Below the pieces are notes generated by a model that was given only the letters and a program-made list of their open reading frames with translations, was not told where the DNA came from and ran no database searches. The position numbers and the translations under genes are program-made. 34,036 bases of DNA from the NCBI GenBank assembly GCA_964412315.1, contig CAYPON010000004.1, positions 2,180 to 36,215 of the forward strand. The letters are read 5' to 3'. The DNA comes from an uncultured Anaerolineae bacterium (GTDB taxonomy: Bacteria > Chloroflexota > Anaerolineae > JAAYEA01). Shown here piece after piece: positions 31,699 through 34,036 of the stretch (position 1 is its first letter; every line of letters starts with the position of its first letter).

Positions 31699-33435
31699 AT
31701 GCCAGAACAGCCGATGTCTGAACCGATTTACGAGATCCTAGTCGAACATAATGTTCCCATCCCCATGCGCGATGGAACCTTGCTGCGTGCGGATGTCTAC
31801 CGTCCCCAGACGGAAGGCAGGTATCCGGTTCTGGTAGAGCGGGTGCCTTATGAGCTAAGCCAGCGTTGTAAGGGATACGGCGAGTACTATGCCCGGCGTG
31901 GCTACGTGGTCGTCGGCCAGAACGTGCGCGGCCGCTTTGCTTCGCAGGGCCGCTTCCACCTGGGTCGCGACGATGCCTGGGGAGCGAACCGAGATGGTTA
32001 TGACACCACCGAATGGGCCGCAACCCAGTCCTGGTCGAATGGTCGTGTCGGGATGTTGGATGGTTCCTACTCGGGACTCACGCAGTACATGGTCGCTCCG
32101 ACGCGGCCGCCTCACCTCAAGGCGCTCTTTGTCCGCGAAGGCCCCTCTGATCTCTACTGCGATACCTCATATCGCGGCGGCGCTTATCTGCTCAAGTTCA
32201 ACCTGGAATGGGCACTACAGCAAACGTTAGCCGTCTTGCGACATGAGAGCGCGCCTTCGGGCATGGAGCAGGCGTGTCATCGCCTGGAGAAAGCTGTGGA
32301 GGAGATAGATAGCTGGTATCGCCATCTTCCCCTGAAGTCGTGCCCTCCGTTGGAGGGGCTGGCTGACTGGTACTTTGAAACATTGGACTATCCTGACGAT
32401 GGGCCGTACTGGTGGCCTACGAATCTGGCTCACAAGTATAACGAGGTAGATGTGCCTATCTTGCACTTGGGCGCATGGTTCGATCCTTTCCTCGATAGCA
32501 CTATTCGCTCCTTTCAAGGAATCCGCGCTAAAGGGCGAAGCGAGGCCTGCCGCAAGAATCAGCGGCTGATCATCGGGCCTTGGATTCACGGCCCCGCTAA
32601 CGTCGGCAAGCGAGAGGTGGGAGAACTCGACTTTGGGCCGGAGGCGGAGTTCGATCTCTACGGTTACCGCCTGCGTTGGTACGACTACTGGCTGAAAGGC
32701 TTGAACAATGGGGTCATGGACATGGCTCCGCTGCGTGTCTTCCTCATGGGAGAGAACCGCTGGCTGGATTTGGAGAGCTGGCCGCCAGAGGAGGTCACAT
32801 ACCGCCCATTCTATTTTCGGGAGGGGAAGGGAAGGGGCGAGGCCTCGCTGAACAATGGCGGCCTGGCCTTCACCCCTGCGGAGGAAGCCGAAAGGCCAGA
32901 CAGCTTTCTCTATGACCCGGAAGATCCTGTCCCTAGCCTGGTGTTCTATCCAAACCTGGGGCCGAGAGACCATCGCGCGGTGGAAGGGCGGATGCTGACT
33001 TATACATCGCAGCCCCTGGAGAGCGACCTGACCGTGATCGGGCCGGTGAAGGCAGTGCTCTATGGCCTATCGTCGGCAGCGGACACTGATTGGATAGTGC
33101 GACTCTGCGACGTCTGGCCGGATGGGCGCTCCATGTCGGTCTGCGACGGCATCCTGCGTGCCAGATACCGGAACTCCCTGGAACGCCCAGAACTTCTGGT
33201 CTCTGGACAAATTTACCGCTTTGAGATAGACCTCTGGGCTACAGCGCAGGTTTTTAAGGCGGGACACTGCTTGCGGGTGGAGGTCGCCAGCAGCGATTTT
33301 CCACGCTACGACCGGAACCTCAATACAGGTGGCCCCTTTGCCCTCGAAGCGCGTGGACAGGTGGCCGTGAATACGGTGTTCCACGACGTCAGGCGTCCCT
33401 CGCATCTGCTATTGCCGGTGATGCCAGGCCGTTAG
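31699..33435 (+). CDS. CocE/NonD-family (S15 X-Pro dipeptidyl-peptidase-like) alpha/beta hydrolase
   Basis: IPMRDGTLLRADVYRP..GRYPVLVERVPYE and GMLDGSYSGLTQ (GxSxG), plus a C-terminal jelly-roll region (WIVRLCDVWPDGRSMSVCDGILRARY...RVEVASSDFPRYDRNLNTG). There are three in-frame ATGs (31675, overlapping the selD stop; 31684; 31699). I chose 31699 because GAGGAG (31688..31693) is 5 nt upstream. Confidence 0.8.
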   Translation: MPEQPMSEPIYEILVEHNVPIPMRDGTLLRADVYRPQTEGRYPVLVERVPYELSQRCKGYGEYYARRGYVVVGQNVRGRFASQGRFHLGRDDAWGANRDGYDTTEWAATQSWSNGRVGMLDGSYSGLTQYMVAPTRPPHLKALFVREGPSDLYCDTSYRGGAYLLKFNLEWALQQTLAVLRHESAPSGMEQACHRLEKAVEEIDSWYRHLPLKSCPPLEGLADWYFETLDYPDDGPYWWPTNLAHKYNEVDVPILHLGAWFDPFLDSTIRSFQGIRAKGRSEACRKNQRLIIGPWIHGPANVGKREVGELDFGPEAEFDLYGYRLRWYDYWLKGLNNGVMDMAPLRVFLMGENRWLDLESWPPEEVTYRPFYFREGKGRGEASLNNGGLAFTPAEEAERPDSFLYDPEDPVPSLVFYPNLGPRDHRAVEGRMLTYTSQPLESDLTVIGPVKAVLYGLSSAADTDWIVRLCDVWPDGRSMSVCDGILRARYRNSLERPELLVSGQIYRFEIDLWATAQVFKAGHCLRVEVASSDFPRYDRNLNTGGPFALEARGQVAVNTVFHDVRRPSHLLLPVMPGR

Positions 33436-33473
33436 AACATCACGCGCCCTGCTTTGTCGCGGGGCAGGAGGCT

Positions 33474-33502
33474 TTGACATTCCAAGGCGGATACGTTACA
33501 AT
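33474..33502 (+). promoter_or_regulatory. sigma-70-type promoter upstream of the second cupin gene
   Basis: TTGACA (33474..33479), exact 17-nt spacer, TACAAT (33497..33502). Confidence 0.5.
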
Positions 33503-33540
33503 ATCCCACCAACAGGCTAATAACGAGAAAGGAGAGCAAC

Positions 33541-33885
33541 ATGGCAACTTACAGGTACAAAGAACTCCCTGTGGCTCGGCCAGCCAAGGGCACGGAACGC
33601 CGCCAGGCGTATACCGATCACATCATGATGACCATCGTGGATTTCTGTAGCGGCCCATGTCCACCTGCCCCGCCCCACCGCCATCCCCACGAGCAGATTT
33701 CCTATGTCGCCCAGGGGCCGATCAATTTCATCGAAGGAGAAGGGGAGCAAAAGAAGGTCACTCGTCTAGAAACGGGAGACATCTTTGCCGTTGCGCCCAA
33801 TGTGCCACACACCGTCGAGTTGCTTGGCGAGACGGCGCGGTTAATTGATTGTTTCCATCCGATCCGCGAGGACTTTTTGAGATAG
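33541..33885 (+). CDS. cupin domain protein (paralog of 8115..8438)
   Basis: PHRHPHEQISYVAQGPINF ... IFAVAPNVPHTV cupin motifs and a shared C-terminal FHPIREDF. AAAGGAGAG upstream of ATG 33541. Confidence 0.8.
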   Translation: MATYRYKELPVARPAKGTERRQAYTDHIMMTIVDFCSGPCPPAPPHRHPHEQISYVAQGPINFIEGEGEQKKVTRLETGDIFAVAPNVPHTVELLGETARLIDCFHPIREDFLR

Positions 33886-33957
33886 TGAGACTATTGGAGC
33901 GTCTGAAGACGGAATGTCGCACAGGTCTCTGGCTCCCAGACGCGAAAGGAGACAGAA

Positions 33958-34036
33958 ATGAGCGAAACAAAGCCCGGCAAGAAGGAGGAGAAGGAGCGCC
34001 GTCCCGAAAGATTGCCCTTTGGCCCCCGCTTTATAG
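33958..34036 (+). CDS. hypothetical protein, 3'-truncated by the window edge
   Basis: AAAGGAGA 5-6 nt upstream of ATG 33958. MSETKPGKKEEKERRPERLPFGPRFI... is open to the end of the window. It is too short to assign. Confidence 0.35.
   Translation, partial: MSETKPGKKEEKERRPERLPFGPRFI

Noticed and set aside
30569-32023. Two minus-strand ORFs (219 aa and 264 aa)
   Set aside because: They are antisense to selD and the CocE/NonD hydrolase, both of which have strong family motifs. The translations are low-complexity and Arg/Gly-rich.

Overview
This is a GC-rich bacterial chromosome segment. It is probably Chloroflexota-like, judging from a plant-MGD1-like MGDG synthase, Pro/Thr-linker multidomain exoproteins, and GCTGA-heptad and CATTCCGAG...GAGGAATC intergenic repeats. 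That taxon is a guess. The window is almost fully coding, with about 30 genes. I saw no rRNA, tRNA, CRISPR array, transposase or integrase.

Layout from left to right:
- A 5'-truncated family-5 solute-binding protein.
- An N-terminally truncated SDR remnant overlapped by a GNAT-like gene.
- An AT-rich 0.5-kb spacer.
- A soluble GAF-GAF-PAS histidine kinase translationally coupled to a REC-HisKA hybrid kinase.
- A long minus-strand block (23941 down to 7298). It holds a P2-type ATPase / RCK / RCK / H+-PPase unit, a 1375-aa secreted multidomain protein, a protein made of three tandem ~60-aa modules, and a DegT-aminotransferase / SAM-MT / URO-D-like / epimerase / cupin / ParB-like operon.
- A MOT-family oxyanion transporter.
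- A PadR regulator with a Cys/His-rich DUF5320-like partner behind a consensus promoter.
- An M55 peptidase.
- A plus-strand cluster: MGDG-synthase::methyltransferase fusion, class-V cysteine-desulfurase/selenocysteine-lyase family protein, DUF3343, SelD, CocE/NonD hydrolase, cupin.

The strongest sequence-level result is that selD is a selenoprotein gene. It has an in-frame TGA at codon 17 (30677..30679), and the ORF track truncates it. The true ORF is 30629..31678, and a SECIS-like hairpin lies downstream of the TGA.

The best candidates for undescribed biology are:
- The selenium-donor module embedded in the MGD::MT / hydrolase / cupin cluster, which also shares a 5'-leader repeat.
- The RCK-coupled P-type ATPase operon.
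- The triple HARP-like repeat protein.
- The orphan aminotransferase / URO-D-like operon.

All family assignments come from motif recognition by eye. No searches were run.
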